Positions 63,633 to 64,000 of a stretch of 64,000 nt of DNA are shown in pieces; within the stretch, counting starts at the first letter, position 1; the number at the start of each line of letters is the position of its first letter. Source of the DNA: Acidimicrobiia bacterium (GTDB taxonomy: Bacteria; Actinomycetota; Acidimicrobiia; Spongiisociales; ZC4RG35); assembly GCA_035281645.1 (NCBI GenBank), contig DATEDN010000172.1, forward strand, positions 4,137 to 68,136. The letters are read 5' to 3'. The notes under the pieces are model-generated. The model worked only from the letters and a program-made list of their open reading frames with translations, was not told where the DNA came from and made no database searches. The translations under genes were made by a program, and so were the position numbers.

Positions 63633-63703
63633 CAGGAAAACCTCGGAAATGGGACAACCAACGGAGCCGGGCGAGCTTAGCCCGGAGGCCCGAGAAACCT
63701 AAG

Positions 63704-64000
63704 TCACAGAACCTGAGTAGGGGCGGTTTTCACGACGCGGGCGAGCCATGCGCGAGCAGGGTCGAGCCCGTAGTCCTCCCTTACCTCGATCAAGGCGGGC
63801 TCGATCTGGCGCACGTCCCAGCCGTTTGAGAAAGCCTGCCGCAGCTCGGCCTGCGTCACTCGCCGGGGTCCTTCGTCACCGGGCGTGTGCTCGGAAAAGA
63901 CCAGGAGGTAGAGCGTTCCTCCCGGGGCCAGCACCGAGGCGAGGCTCTCGATATATCGCGCTCGGTCTGCGTCGCCGAACACATGGAAGACCGCCGAATC
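63704..64000 (-). CDS. class I SAM-dependent methyltransferase-like protein (C-terminal part only; gene continues past the window end)
   Basis: Fragment (...LAPGGTLYLLVFSE...) resembles a methyltransferase C-terminus. The start lies beyond coordinate 64000. Confidence 0.45.
   Translation of the reverse strand, partial: DSAVFHVFGDADRARYIESLASVLAPGGTLYLLVFSEHTPGDEGPRRVTQAELRQAFSNGWDVRQIEPALIEVREDYGLDPARAWLARVVKTAPTQVL

Noticed and set aside
63667-63685. Possible terminator hairpin (ccgggcgagcttagcccgg) between the methyltransferase gene and yajC
   Set aside because: The stem is only 6 bp and is not followed directly by a U-tract on the minus-strand transcript. Too weak to call.

Overview
The window is high-GC and tightly packed, with almost every gene on the minus strand. 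It reads as conserved Actinomycetota-type housekeeping synteny, a lineage guess based on mIHF, a Ddn-like F420 enzyme and Thr-rich linkers.

Housekeeping genes, in order along the window:
- pheT (partial) and pheS.
- An intrinsic terminator, a small secreted-protein gene, and a TrmH-family methyltransferase.
- rplT, rpmI and infC; infC appears to start on AUC.
- The riboflavin genes ribH, ribBA, ribE and ribD.
- A REC-GGDEF-like gene, then rpe, fmt, def, priA, metK, coaBC, rpoZ, gmk and mihF.
- A pyrimidine operon: pyrR, pyrB, pyrC, carA, carB, pyrD, pyrF.
- nusB and efp.
- aroB, aroK, aroC, aroE, mltG, ruvX, alaS, rarA, aspS, hisS, an MBL hydrolase, relA, apt, secF, secD, yajC, and a partial methyltransferase at the right edge.

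Accessory insertions in this backbone:
- An MFS / SGNH / MBOAT trio, with a divergent DUF4015 glycoside-hydrolase-like gene.
- A 2799-aa cyclic beta-1,2-glucan synthase-like protein (GT84 plus GH94), flanked by an alpha/beta hydrolase and a divergent F420-type nitroreductase-family gene. It sits between efp and aroB, where aroD/pepQ are found in mycobacteria.
- A short prepilin peptidase plus a DUF4388 protein between aroC and aroE.
- A PQQ-dependent sugar dehydrogenase lipoprotein between alaS and rarA.

Other observations:
- A likely PyrR-binding loop (UCC-UGCGA-GG) lies against the pyrR Shine-Dalgarno, and pyrR probably starts on CTG.
- A G/C-tract-rich structured element with a 13-bp long-range inverted repeat sits in the nusB–pyrR leader.
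- Three tandem copies of a 10-mer lie in the carB–pyrD intergenic.
- Two clear intrinsic terminators are present.
- I could support no tRNA, rRNA, CRISPR array or transposase.
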